Below the pieces are notes generated by a model that was not told the origin of the DNA, searched no databases, and worked only from the letters and a program-made list of their open reading frames with translations. This document shows, in pieces, positions 45,301-54,648 of a stretch of DNA of 57,126 nt. The stretch is from Eubacteriales bacterium (lineage in GTDB: Bacteria; Bacillota; Clostridia; Oscillospirales; CAG-272): positions 1-57,126 of the forward strand of contig JAZORZ010000056.1 in NCBI GenBank assembly GCA_045656885.1. Reading direction: 5' to 3'. Within the stretch, counting starts at the first letter, position 1. Each line of letters opens with the position of its first letter. The translations under genes were made by a program, and so were the position numbers.

Positions 45301-45959
45301 GCATTTGCCGCCTCGTTTAGCTCCTTTGCAAAGCGACCAAGCACGCCAACACCCTCGGGCTCTGCCGAAAAACGGGTGAGGAACTCGCGCAAAACCGCGC
45401 CGAGCTTGCCGTCACTGCGCCCCGACATCAAATGGTCGAGCGTTTGTGCAAAGGGATTGTCCAAAAGCTTTGCAAAGGGAGAACCCTTCGCATTGCTTTG
45501 TGCGTAGCGGTCATAATATTCCTCAAGGAGCCCGTCCATAATTTCGGCGGCAATGGGGAGCACCTCGGCTTCGTCCGCCATACGGAAGGATGCGGGCAGA
45601 GAAAGCCGCTCAAAGTTTGCACGCACCGCCTTTTGGAAGAAGGCATCAATCGTAGAGATCTGTGCGCTGCCCAAAAGAAAGAGCTGGCGCGAAAGATGTG
45701 CATTTTCGGGATCTGTTGCCATTGCATCGGTCAGGGCTTTGGCAATTCTGCCCTTGAGCTCTGCGGCGGCGGCGCGTGTAAAGGTAACGATCAGCATACG
45801 GGAGAGGTCTGCGGGGTGCTCGGTGTCGGTCAATTTACGAATGATGCGCTCGGTGAGCACACTTGTTTTGCCAGAGCCCGCGGCGGCGGATACAAGCAGA
45901 GCTTTGCCGTCAATTCGCATGGCGGCCTCTTGCGAGGGGGTCCAGGTTCTACCCATCAA
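42315..45959 (-). CDS. addA: ATP-dependent helicase/nuclease subunit A
   Basis: 1214 aa. UvrD-type Walker A AAAGSGKTSVL. C-terminal RecB-family nuclease motif GSIDLLL...LVDYKTD. Confidence 0.95.
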   Translation of the reverse strand: MMGRTWTPSQEAAMRIDGKALLVSAAAGSGKTSVLTERIIRKLTDTEHPADLSRMLIVTFTRAAAAELKGRIAKALTDAMATDPENAHLSRQLFLLGSAQISTIDAFFQKAVRANFERLSLPASFRMADEAEVLPIAAEIMDGLLEEYYDRYAQSNAKGSPFAKLLDNPFAQTLDHLMSGRSDGKLGAVLREFLTRFSAEPEGVGVLGRFAKELNEAANAEYFATSYGSVVREYLSDLFDGYISFLEKTEAHLDATPDMCAKFSGIVEADLNYCKAMKKALDEGIYERAREVAYTFVSGRFPTCKEKTGEILAYQDWRTKFKSEIARRVQELLQYPAEAIAEQMRRTALPAEILYRFYSEYTARLLSEKLERGMLEFDDVRAMLYRLLTDEHGNATPFAEELAASYDAVYIDEYQDVDYLQDRIFSLIGKNRRFMVGDIKQSIYGFRGSEPSIFAGYRREMPLYDTPEAENANGACVFMSDNFRCDKPVIDFANKVCAFLFSACEETVGYRPQDDLVCSKSTDGITAPAHPVPVTLAVFDAPPRKKAGGDDEDNAEDVREEAVWVAAEISRLLREETLDNGSPIRPSDIAILVRNKNHGATYTDELTKLGVPVLSPTSSDIAQDPLLYDMLNLLKSVDNPWRDLPLSEFLLSPLGGFDLEELTEIREATTPSGALYDALLTVAENAEHPLFQKCSTVVAWLDEARRLSDTQPADRFLRLLYQDDRLANLSDTPVLLYLYEQARIYQKNAFCGLYGFLAHFAKLLEGDKLSAEGFGAAEDAVTVMTVHHSKGLEFPVVFLSSTGSPFNKDDLKKNLLYHREVGIACRLYDECSGNLEDTALRAALCLKVDGEQVEESIRTLYVALTRARERMYVSGTLRGKWESAIANASLIRRGNRASILGASNMLSWMLAALYEGGTLADDIDLTVVHPAFGEVASGLPISFGTTNPQKELVLSPVAERYAAIYRAKEEMEYPYAFLQGLPAKAAASKLSANLLDTLSGQGDEEGAIAAQIELLQNATQPFDSLLQAQELPSATEVGSATHAFLQFCNYERLLATSPEEESERLVVDGFMSRRAKDILHFKQLKVFCESDLMELIKSAAKVQRELKFGILTPMRALTQNKELAEKLGEESLFVQGSIDLLLTMPDGRLILVDYKTDRISDEERANPALLVARLRERHGHQLSCYTEAIRDLLGHVPDEIRIYSLPLGASLLIE

Positions 45960-45970
45960 ATCAACTCCTT

Positions 45971-48900
45971 TCAGCGGTGATATGCGCGGTTACAGTCCGC
46001 GCGAACAGGGCAAAAGGCACATGCCTTTTCCGAGGGCGTTTTTTGCGCCTCGCCCGAGAGTATCCGCTCGGCAACCGAGCGCACAGCATCCTGCATTTCA
46101 TTTTGCAGCTGCTGCATTTCTTCCATGGTCTGCTTGGTCAAGCCCTTGGTGTAAGCTGCCTCGCTTTGTCCGTTGGCAGCGGCACAAACGGCATCGTTAT
46201 CAAGCAAAAGACCGCTTCTCTTAATTTCGGTCACACCCTTTTCTGTTTGGGCAAAGAGATACTGTGCACCCGCAGGTGTGCTGCCCGGCAGTGCTCCCGA
46301 GAGTGCAAAAAGATACAGAATGAGCTGAATATCCATACCCGAGCGCACCTCATCAAGCGAGAAGGTGTGCTTTCCGCTCTTGTAGTCCACCACGCGGAAG
46401 TAGAGCTTGCCTTCATTCTCATAAATATCTACGCGGTCGATCTTACCGCTGAGCAAAACGGAGCTCCCGTTTGCAAGAGTCAGACGAACGGGTGGCAAGC
46501 TGCCCTCATCGCGCGTACCGATGCCTTTTTCAAAATAGGTGGGTACAAAAAGACCAGTGCGAATTTCACCGAGAATTTCATGCAGCATCTTCAGTGCAAG
46601 TCGGCGCAGACGCGCATAAAGATGGAGCAAGCGATTGTCCATGCTCTCGGTGGGGAAAGGACAAACCTCGCCAATGTAATCGGCAATGATAGCGTCCGCC
46701 ATCGGCTCAACGTCCTCGGGGGAAGGTAACTGCAATTTTCCTTCATCTGTCAGCGATGCACGCAAAAAATGCTCGAACACGTAGTGCAAAAACGTGCCGT
46801 CATCGGCATAGCTGGGTTGAGAGTCCTTGCGTTCTCTCAATTTTAAGGTGTATGTACTGAAATAACGGTAAGGACAGAGCACGAATGCCTGAATTTTGGA
46901 TTGCGAGAGATGCAGAGAAACATGCTCCTCGACCGCGGGTGCTTGCAAGGGTTTTTCCAAATCCTCGCTTGTGGGGAGTGCACGCGCACGGCGGATCTCG
47001 CCAAAATCAATGACCTCGGGATTTTTGTCAAGCAAGAACGCCACGCGATTGAACGCCAAAGAGGGTGTGCGTGCCGAGCCGTCGGTCTGCTTGGCGTATG
47101 TCAAGAGCGAAAGAAACTCGCTCGGCTTACTGATTGCGCGATAAACGTAGAACAACTCCTCGGAGGAGCGCATACGCTCGCGAGATTGCAAAATGACACC
47201 GTATTCTTCAAGCGCTTCCTTGTCGGCTTCGGTCAAAATACCGTCGTCGCTCACGGCGCGAGGGAACTCTCCCTCGCACAGCCCCAGCAAAATCGATGCG
47301 CGTACGTTTTCCACGCGCAGGGTGTCGGCAGAGCCGATAACCACGCAATCCTGTGTGGTGGGCACCGAACCGAGATCGGCATTGCTCAATACCAGGGTCA
47401 GTGCGGCAATAAAGTCCTCAATCGAAAGCTCGCAATCGGGTAGCAGCTTGCAAAGCGTTGTCAGGGTATCGAGCAGAGTGGAATACAGGCGCAAGCTCTC
47501 GCTCGCCTCGCGTACCTGACCGAGTGCCAGTTCTTCTTTTGCGCGAGATGCCAACAAAGAGGGCAGCTGCAACGCCGAAAGATACTCATACAATGCACGG
47601 CAACGGTCCTCAAGACGGCGGGAGGCGCGCAGAGATGCCGACAGAGCCGAAAGCGGTGTCATCAGTTGACGGCGCACGCGGTTTGCCGCATCCAAAATCT
47701 CATCGGCACGGGGGGAACGCTCGGTAGTAAGGCCGTCGGGGTTCATGCTCCAAACCTCGTCTAAAAAGCGGTGGCCGCCAATGTGCCAGGTTTCAACGTA
47801 TTCTTCAAACATTGCCGCATCGCGCAAAGAAACGCCGCAAAGTCCTGTTTTGAGCAGAGCAATAACGTCGTTTTGGCGGTAGTTGCGGCTCACAGAGCGA
47901 AGTGCCGACAGAATCAAACGGAAGATGGGCTTTGCCGAAAGATCGGTTCTTTCCGAGAAGAAGTAAGGAATTTGGTGTCTTTCAAGTGCGGCATCTAAAA
48001 TCCCACGGTAGGCATCCAGGTCGCGCACAACAACGGCAATATCGCCGTATCTCATACCGCTCGACACCAATTCACAAATTTGCAGGGCGGCGGCTTCTGC
48101 CTCCTCATAAATATTTGCGGCAACGCTCAAACGCACCGATGTGTCGCCCGAAAGCGGTGTTTGTGCAGCCGAAAACCGCCAAAGATTCTCTCCGAGAACG
48201 GCAAGAGCTTGCGGCTTTTGTGTTTCCTTTGCCGAAAGCACAACTCTTTCAACCGCCACATCCGCGCGCTCGGCAAGATGGGAGAGCTGACGGGCGGTGT
48301 CACTCACCGACAAAAAGTGCGGCAACTTGGAGTTGGCACCGTCGGTGCAAAGCGAAACGGTCACAGAGTCCGCCTGCTGCAAGATCTGCAACAGTACCGC
48401 ATATTCGGGAACGGTAAAGCTGGTAAAGGAATCGATATATACGTTTATATTTTCAAAATAACGGTGCTTTTGCAAAAGGGCGGAAAGTCGTAAAAGCTTG
48501 TCCGATGGGTCAGAGCCAAAGCACTCCTCAATTTTGGCGTGGTATGCCGCATCGATGAGAGCCAAGTCCAAAAGCTTTTTTTGCAGTGCCGAGCCCTCCT
48601 CCATTTTTGCGGCGGCATTCTCCAGGGCTTGGGCACTCACACCGCCCGAGCGCATCTCCGCGATGGCAGAGAGCATCAGGTTTGTCAACGTCAGGTCTCC
48701 CTCGGCGCTTTTGCCGTACTGTTGCAAAAGGGGGGAGAGCGTGGAGAGCGTGTGCCACATCAAAAGGGAGGACACTGCGCCGCTTACCGATTCGGCGGTG
48801 ACACCGCCATATTCGCAAAACAACTTTTCCGCAAGTCCCGAAAAGCTGATGACCTCAAAATAAAGCCCCGCATTTTTGGGTAGACGCGCGGCAAGATCTC

Positions 48901-49033
48901 GCTCGCTGATGTATGCCTGTTGCTCGGGAATGAGCAAAAAGGAGCGCACACCGCCACGGATATCCGCTTCAATACATTTTGTCAGGTGCGCGGTCTTGCC
49001 GGCACCCGAGGGTCCGCATATCAGCTTTAGCAT
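45971..49033 (-). CDS. addB: ATP-dependent helicase/nuclease subunit B
   Basis: 1020 aa. GPSGAGKT P-loop. C-terminal nuclease GKIDRVD...VVDYKSG and Fe-S Cys cluster CAFCPVRADC. Confidence 0.93.
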   Translation of the reverse strand: MLKLICGPSGAGKTAHLTKCIEADIRGGVRSFLLIPEQQAYISERDLAARLPKNAGLYFEVISFSGLAEKLFCEYGGVTAESVSGAVSSLLMWHTLSTLSPLLQQYGKSAEGDLTLTNLMLSAIAEMRSGGVSAQALENAAAKMEEGSALQKKLLDLALIDAAYHAKIEECFGSDPSDKLLRLSALLQKHRYFENINVYIDSFTSFTVPEYAVLLQILQQADSVTVSLCTDGANSKLPHFLSVSDTARQLSHLAERADVAVERVVLSAKETQKPQALAVLGENLWRFSAAQTPLSGDTSVRLSVAANIYEEAEAAALQICELVSSGMRYGDIAVVVRDLDAYRGILDAALERHQIPYFFSERTDLSAKPIFRLILSALRSVSRNYRQNDVIALLKTGLCGVSLRDAAMFEEYVETWHIGGHRFLDEVWSMNPDGLTTERSPRADEILDAANRVRRQLMTPLSALSASLRASRRLEDRCRALYEYLSALQLPSLLASRAKEELALGQVREASESLRLYSTLLDTLTTLCKLLPDCELSIEDFIAALTLVLSNADLGSVPTTQDCVVIGSADTLRVENVRASILLGLCEGEFPRAVSDDGILTEADKEALEEYGVILQSRERMRSSEELFYVYRAISKPSEFLSLLTYAKQTDGSARTPSLAFNRVAFLLDKNPEVIDFGEIRRARALPTSEDLEKPLQAPAVEEHVSLHLSQSKIQAFVLCPYRYFSTYTLKLRERKDSQPSYADDGTFLHYVFEHFLRASLTDEGKLQLPSPEDVEPMADAIIADYIGEVCPFPTESMDNRLLHLYARLRRLALKMLHEILGEIRTGLFVPTYFEKGIGTRDEGSLPPVRLTLANGSSVLLSGKIDRVDIYENEGKLYFRVVDYKSGKHTFSLDEVRSGMDIQLILYLFALSGALPGSTPAGAQYLFAQTEKGVTEIKRSGLLLDNDAVCAAANGQSEAAYTKGLTKQTMEEMQQLQNEMQDAVRSVAERILSGEAQKTPSEKACAFCPVRADCNRAYHR

Positions 49034-49857
49034 TGTGTGTCTCCTTTCTTTTGAATTTGTAAGTTTCGCAAAATGACCTCGCGGCCGCGCCAGGAATAGG
49101 CACGCTCCGAAAAGTCCTTGTCCGACATAGTTTCAATTTCTTCCGCGGTGGGAGAGGAAATCGGTTTTTCATAAAAGAATGGGATGGGCGAATAAATCGT
49201 ACCTGCCGCCATAGCGTCATGATTGTAGGGACAGCACTCTTGGCATCTGTCACAGCCCCAAACGGTGTTGGTCGAAAGAAGAATGCGCTCTTCCTCCTCG
49301 GTTAGCTTGCCCTTCTTTTGCGAAAGTGCGGAAAGGCAAAGCTTTTTTTCTGCCACGGCTGTGGGACAAGCATTCTTACATGCACCGCAATCCAAGCAGA
49401 AATTGACCTCGTGTGCGCGGCAGGGGATTTCAAAATCGGTAATGACTTCGCCTAAAAAAACGTAAGAGCCGTATTTTGGGGTCAAAAGCAATCCGTTTTT
49501 GCCAATTACGCCAAGCCCTGCATGAACGGCGGCGTGTAACTCGCTAATGGGGGAGTGGTCGGCAAATGCGGCAAAGCGGTTGTTCGGAAATTTTTCTTTC
49601 AAATAGGGCAAGAGCTCTCCAAACAGCTCCTCAAAAAAGAGATGGTAGTCGCGAGAGACCGCATAAGCGGAGATCGTTCTGCCGGGCTCATCGCAGGCGG
49701 GGGTGCGGTAGGGAACCGCCATTACAAAAACAGTTCCGCTTGAAATATTTGTGCGCTCCAAAAGATAGGGGCGCGTCACACGGCAAGCAGACAGCGGCAG
49801 TACCCCCACCCAGTCAATATTCTTTTTTTGCAAAAAATTCAACAAATTTTCAAACAT
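49027..49857 (-). CDS. queG: Epoxyqueuosine reductase QueG-like 4Fe-4S protein (short form)
   Basis: 276 aa. ISAYAVSRDYH, AGLGVIGKNGLLLTPKYGSYVFLGEVITD and ferredoxin motifs CLDCGACKNACP / CDRCQECCP. Overlaps the addB start by 7 nt. Confidence 0.8.
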   Translation of the reverse strand: MFENLLNFLQKKNIDWVGVLPLSACRVTRPYLLERTNISSGTVFVMAVPYRTPACDEPGRTISAYAVSRDYHLFFEELFGELLPYLKEKFPNNRFAAFADHSPISELHAAVHAGLGVIGKNGLLLTPKYGSYVFLGEVITDFEIPCRAHEVNFCLDCGACKNACPTAVAEKKLCLSALSQKKGKLTEEEERILLSTNTVWGCDRCQECCPYNHDAMAAGTIYSPIPFFYEKPISSPTAEEIETMSDKDFSERAYSWRGREVILRNLQIQKKGDTQC

Positions 49858-50047
49858 CTCTTTTTCTTTCCGACTTTTTGTGCTATAATATAGTTATGAC
49901 AGTATAATTATAGCAAAATATTATCCAAAAAGCAAGATATCTCTTTATTTTTCAATGTTTTTTTCTTGCTCCATCAATTGCTTGTCACATTGACGCGCTA
50001 AAATAGCGTTATAAAATCGATTGCCATACCCCAAGGAGTTTTAGACA

Positions 50048-51565
50048 ATGAAAAAACGCAAAGAACAAATCGAAAATCCCTATTTTGAGTACGATGGCAA
50101 GCCGTACAATTATCAGGGAAACCAGTACGATTATAACACTAAACAGCAGTATGATCCAAATACTCAGCAATACGACAATAGCAATCAGCAGTACAATTAT
50201 AATCCGCAGCAATATCCCAAAGGCGCAAATCCGTACCCTGCTGAGGGCAAGCCCTACGCTCAAGAGACAGAGAGCTACTCTCAAGAAGCAGAAAAATTCG
50301 GATTTGACACAAATTCGCAGGTTCCCGACTATCTTAACCTGGAGAGAGAACTTCGCCGCCAACACCGTGCTGAGCTCCGTGCTTGGCGTCGAGCACACAG
50401 CCGCAGACCGTCTGCTTTAACGGTCATTTTGTGTGTTGTGCTTTCCGTGTTAGCGGGCTTTGTGGGTTCTATCGGTGCTATGTGCCTTGTCGGTCAGCAT
50501 ATTATCGCTTCCAAAGAGGATACCACCACCGAGGACGTTTTGTGCAAGGATCCCGAAAGCGAGCTCGCCCGTCCCGAATCCAACCCCTCTATTTTTGGAT
50601 CTGCGGGGGAGGATGCTTACGCGGTTTCCGGCGTTGTCCATAAGGTGCAGGATGCGGTTGTTGTCATCAATGTCACAATAACGGGCAGCTCTGCTTTCGG
50701 CAAGCCCGTAACAACAACAAGTGCGGGTAGCGGTGTTATCATTTCAGGTGAGGGTTATATTCTTACTTGCCACCACGTTATCGACGGTGCGACCTCACTC
50801 AAGGTTACGCTTCGCAACGGCAATGCTTACAATGCTATCCTTGTTGGAAGCGACGAGGCAAGCGACTTGGCGGTCATCAAGATTTCTGCTGACGAGACCT
50901 TGACCTACGTTGAGCAGGGGCACAGTGCCGACCTTGTTGCAGGTGAGCAGGTGGTTTCCATTGGCAACCCCTTGGGAACGCTTGGAGGTACCGTAACCGT
51001 CGGCTACATCAGCGCAACCGAGCGAACTGTTGTAACAAGTGACGGAACCGAGATGACCTTGATCCAAACCGATGCTGCCATCAATTCCGGCAACTCGGGC
51101 GGCGGACTTTTTAACCTTGCCGGTCAGCTCATCGGTATTGTCAACGCCAAATATTCCGCCAGCGGCGTCGAAGGGCTTGCTTTTGCTATCCCGATCGATT
51201 CCGCGTATCCCGTTCAACTTGATTTGATGCAGTACGGTTACGTGCGCGGTGTTATTGACCACGGCCTAACGTTTTTGGATATCACAGAAGAAAATCTTGC
51301 ACAGTACCATTACTATTACGGCATTGACAAAGTCGGTGTTTATGTGGTAGAATCTAAATATGCAACCGACCTGAAAAACAGCGACCGTGTGATTTCGGTA
51401 AACAACACCGAAGTCAATACAATTGCCGATATCAAGGCGTTGTTTAAGAACTGTAAGGTAGGGGATACCGTTACGATTGTTGCCGACCGCAAGGGCGAAA
51501 CAATTGTATCCACCTTCGTTTTGCAGGAGTATGTTCCCGACCGCATCAAAGATAACCAAAAATAA
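50048..51565 (+). CDS. htrA: HtrA/DegP-family serine protease with PDZ domain and Q/N/Y-rich N-terminal extension
   Basis: 505 aa. Catalytic triad contexts LTCHHVI, SDLAVIK and GNSGGGLFN. One TM helix. C-terminal PDZ. Confidence 0.9.
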   Translation: MKKRKEQIENPYFEYDGKPYNYQGNQYDYNTKQQYDPNTQQYDNSNQQYNYNPQQYPKGANPYPAEGKPYAQETESYSQEAEKFGFDTNSQVPDYLNLERELRRQHRAELRAWRRAHSRRPSALTVILCVVLSVLAGFVGSIGAMCLVGQHIIASKEDTTTEDVLCKDPESELARPESNPSIFGSAGEDAYAVSGVVHKVQDAVVVINVTITGSSAFGKPVTTTSAGSGVIISGEGYILTCHHVIDGATSLKVTLRNGNAYNAILVGSDEASDLAVIKISADETLTYVEQGHSADLVAGEQVVSIGNPLGTLGGTVTVGYISATERTVVTSDGTEMTLIQTDAAINSGNSGGGLFNLAGQLIGIVNAKYSASGVEGLAFAIPIDSAYPVQLDLMQYGYVRGVIDHGLTFLDITEENLAQYHYYYGIDKVGVYVVESKYATDLKNSDRVISVNNTEVNTIADIKALFKNCKVGDTVTIVADRKGETIVSTFVLQEYVPDRIKDNQK

Positions 51566-51591
51566 AAATTCTTTTTTGAAAGGATGAGATC

Positions 51592-52290
51592 ATGTATCAC
51601 ATTTTGGTTGTAGACGACGAATCCCGTATTCGCTCTATCATTCGCAAATATGCAGAATTTGACGGACACAAGGTCACCGAGGCAGGTGACGGTATGGAGG
51701 CCGTTCTGCTTTGCCGCAAAAATGAATATGACCTGATCATTATGGACATTATGATGCCCGAGCTGGATGGCTTTTCGGCTTGCCGCGAGATTCGCAAGAT
51801 TTCGCAAACGCCCATCATCATGCTCTCTGCCCGTGGCGAGGAATACGACCGCATCAACGGCTTTGAGGTGGGCATCGACGATTACGTCATCAAGCCCTTT
51901 TCCCCCAAGGAGCTGATGCTGCGCATCGAAGCCATTATGAAGCGCGTTAAAAACGTTTCTGTTTCCGATGCACCCGTTCCAAAGCCAAACGTTATCATTG
52001 AACTGGATAACGGCGGTCTGCGCGCCGACGTTACCGCGCGTCTTGTTTTTATCGACGGGGAACGCATCGATATGTCTCCCAAGGAATACGATCTGTTCTT
52101 CTATCTGCTCTCCAATCGCAACATTGCGCTCTCGCGTGAAAAGCTGCTTTGCGAGGTGTGGGGATATGATTTCTTTGGCGATGCCCGCACGCTCGATACG
52201 CATATCAAGCTTCTGCGTAAGAGTCTTGGCAGATATAGCAATTACATCGTTACGTTACGCGGTGTTGGCTACCGCTTTGAGGAGATATGA
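51592..52290 (+). CDS. OmpR-family response regulator
   Basis: 232 aa. Receiver ILVVDDE...DLIIMDIMMPELDG plus winged-helix LRGVGYRF. Confidence 0.93.
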   Translation: MYHILVVDDESRIRSIIRKYAEFDGHKVTEAGDGMEAVLLCRKNEYDLIIMDIMMPELDGFSACREIRKISQTPIIMLSARGEEYDRINGFEVGIDDYVIKPFSPKELMLRIEAIMKRVKNVSVSDAPVPKPNVIIELDNGGLRADVTARLVFIDGERIDMSPKEYDLFFYLLSNRNIALSREKLLCEVWGYDFFGDARTLDTHIKLLRKSLGRYSNYIVTLRGVGYRFEEI

Positions 52291-53804
52291 AAAAAAATAA
52301 GCTAAAGGCAATTCGGGGCAACATCAGTATCCGTTGGAAGCTGATTGCTTATTTTACGGTATTTGTTGCTATCGCACTCCTTGTCATGTGGGTGTTTCAG
52401 GTCTACCTGTTAAACAACTTTTATGAGTTGATCAAGCGCCGCGAAATGCAACAAAGCGCACAGGCACTTTCCCTGCATATTGAGCAGGACGATCTTGCGC
52501 TTCACGCCTATGACCAAGCACTCGATAGCGTTATGAGTGTTGGCATTTACCGTTTTGAAGGGAAAAATCATACAACAGAGATCGTAAACGTAGATGCTAC
52601 GGGGCAATCGGGTATTTCCTTACCCCAAGAGCAGCTCACAAAATATTTTAATGCTGCCGCCGAGAATGCGGGCAGCTTTACGGGCAGATTTACCCTTGGC
52701 GGAGTTGAGGTCAGTGATAGTAAGCTGCCAATTTTCACCAATAAAGACGAAGATCAACCCAGCGGAACAAACATTCGCCTAGTGCATCTCCAATTGGTGC
52801 AGGGGCAGAACGAAAGCATTTATATGATCGTTTTGAACGCAAGTCTGCAGCCCCTTTCCACAACCGTACAAATTCTGCGAACACAGTTCCTTTGGATTTT
52901 GGTGATCCTGCTTATTTGTGCGGGCTTTATGGTATTCTATCTCTACCGTCACATCTCCTCGCCGCTTGTTAAAATGAATGAGTCGGCAAAGCAGCTGGCG
53001 CACGGTAGATATGACGTTGACTTCTCGGGCGAGGGCGGCTATCGCGAAACCCGCGAGCTTGCAAATACGCTTAACTACGCATCTTATGAGCTTTCCCGTC
53101 TTGACCGCCTGCAAAAGGAGCTTATCGCCAACATTTCGCACGATCTGCGTACCCCCCTGACAATGATCAAGGGATACAGTGAGGTCATGCGTGATATTCC
53201 CGGCGAAAATACCGCCGAGAACATTCAGGTCGTCATTGATGAGACCACACGCCTTTCCGAGCTTGTAAACGATCTTTTGGATCTTTCCAAAATCCAATCC
53301 GGCTCACGTAAGACGGTGTTTGAAGAATTTGATCTGACTGCTGCTGTTAAAGAGGTCATGATGCGCTACGATGCCTTTACCGCACATCAGGGCTATCACA
53401 TTACCTTTGAAGCAGATACACCCGTCAGCGTTTTTGCCGACCGTTCTATGATTTTGCAGGTGCTGTATAACCTGATCAATAATGCTATCAACTACACAGG
53501 TGAGGATCTCTCTGTTACCGTGGTGCAATCTGTTCAGAATGGACGTGTGCGCATCAGCGTCAGCGATACGGGACAGGGTATCGCCCCCGACGAGCTTCCG
53601 CAAATTTGGAACCGTTACTACAAGGTCGACAAGGTTCACCGCCGTGCCATGATCGGTACAGGTCTTGGACTTTCTATTGTTAAGGGCGTGCTCGAATTGC
53701 ACAACGCCGCCTACGGTGTTGAAAGCGAAGTGGGCAAGGGCTCTACGTTCTGGTTTGAGCTTGACATTCTCAAGCCCGCGCAAAATATGCGCGAAAAGAT
53801 ATGA
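52287..53804 (+). CDS. Sensor histidine kinase (HAMP-HisKA-HATPase)
   Basis: 505 aa. Two TM helices. H-box ISHDLRTPLT, N-box LINNAINYT, G-boxes DTGQGI / GTGLGLSIV. 4-nt overlap with the regulator gene. Confidence 0.93.
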   Translation: MKKNKLKAIRGNISIRWKLIAYFTVFVAIALLVMWVFQVYLLNNFYELIKRREMQQSAQALSLHIEQDDLALHAYDQALDSVMSVGIYRFEGKNHTTEIVNVDATGQSGISLPQEQLTKYFNAAAENAGSFTGRFTLGGVEVSDSKLPIFTNKDEDQPSGTNIRLVHLQLVQGQNESIYMIVLNASLQPLSTTVQILRTQFLWILVILLICAGFMVFYLYRHISSPLVKMNESAKQLAHGRYDVDFSGEGGYRETRELANTLNYASYELSRLDRLQKELIANISHDLRTPLTMIKGYSEVMRDIPGENTAENIQVVIDETTRLSELVNDLLDLSKIQSGSRKTVFEEFDLTAAVKEVMMRYDAFTAHQGYHITFEADTPVSVFADRSMILQVLYNLINNAINYTGEDLSVTVVQSVQNGRVRISVSDTGQGIAPDELPQIWNRYYKVDKVHRRAMIGTGLGLSIVKGVLELHNAAYGVESEVGKGSTFWFELDILKPAQNMREKI

Positions 53805-53821
53805 TCATTGGAGGATAGACA

Positions 53822-54646
53822 GTGAATAGTATGCATTTTGCTATGCTGCGCTGTCCCGTTTGCGCCGCAGGCATGCAAGCGGACGAGAGCGGCAGATCTT
53901 GCCGTTGCACGGGTGCGCGAACGCACTCATACGATTTTGCCCGTAGCGGATACCTTAACCTCACTCGCCCGAGTGACGGAGAGGGGGATTTGCGTGAGGC
54001 GATCAACGCGCGCCGACTGTTTTTGGGAGCGGGATATTACGAGCCGCTTTCCAACACGGTCAATAGCATATTGCAAAAGCTTGATGCCAAAGCCGTGCTC
54101 GATGCGGGATGCGGTGAGGGCTATTACACCAACCGCATGGCAAAGGATCGCACCGTTTTGGGGGTGGATCTTTCGCGCGCGGGCATCGATGCCGCCGCCA
54201 AGCAGGCAAAGCAGAGCGGTACGGTCGCCGCGTTTGCGGTGGGAAGTATCTTCTCACTCCCCGTGGGAGATTCTGCCTGCGACGTTGTTACCAACCTGTT
54301 TGCCCCTTGCTGCGAGAGCGAATTTTCGCGCGTGCTGAAGGAGAACGGCTACCTCATTCTCGTGGGCGCGGGAGAGCGACACTTGATGGGGCTCAAAGAG
54401 GTGCTTTACACAAACCCCTATCTCAATCCCGGCAGAGCTGATCTTCCCACCGAAATGAGGCAGATCGACCACCAACGGCTGACCTATACCGTCACCGTTG
54501 AAGGGAAGGATGCCATCGAGGCGCTTTTCTCAATGACGCCTTACTATTGGCGCACGTCCGAGGCAGACCATGCAAAGCTCGGTGCCGTTGAAACGCTCAC
54601 GACAGAGCTCGACTTTGATATTTTTATCTATCAAAAAGGAGACTAA
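53822..54646 (+). CDS. RlmA/RrmA-like 23S rRNA (guanine-N1)-methyltransferase
   Basis: GTG start after GGAGG. N-terminal Zn-ribbon CPVC...CRC...H. SAM motif VLDAGCGEGYY. Confidence 0.75.
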   Translation: MNSMHFAMLRCPVCAAGMQADESGRSCRCTGARTHSYDFARSGYLNLTRPSDGEGDLREAINARRLFLGAGYYEPLSNTVNSILQKLDAKAVLDAGCGEGYYTNRMAKDRTVLGVDLSRAGIDAAAKQAKQSGTVAAFAVGSIFSLPVGDSACDVVTNLFAPCCESEFSRVLKENGYLILVGAGERHLMGLKEVLYTNPYLNPGRADLPTEMRQIDHQRLTYTVTVEGKDAIEALFSMTPYYWRTSEADHAKLGAVETLTTELDFDIFIYQKGD

Positions 54647-54648
54647 CA

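Noticed and set aside
49858-50047. Small palindrome cgcta-aaa-tagcg between the putative -35 and -10 of the htrA promoter, as a possible response-regulator operator
   Set aside because: It has only a 5-bp stem, OmpR-family regulators usually bind direct repeats, and there is no second copy in the window. This is too weak to support.
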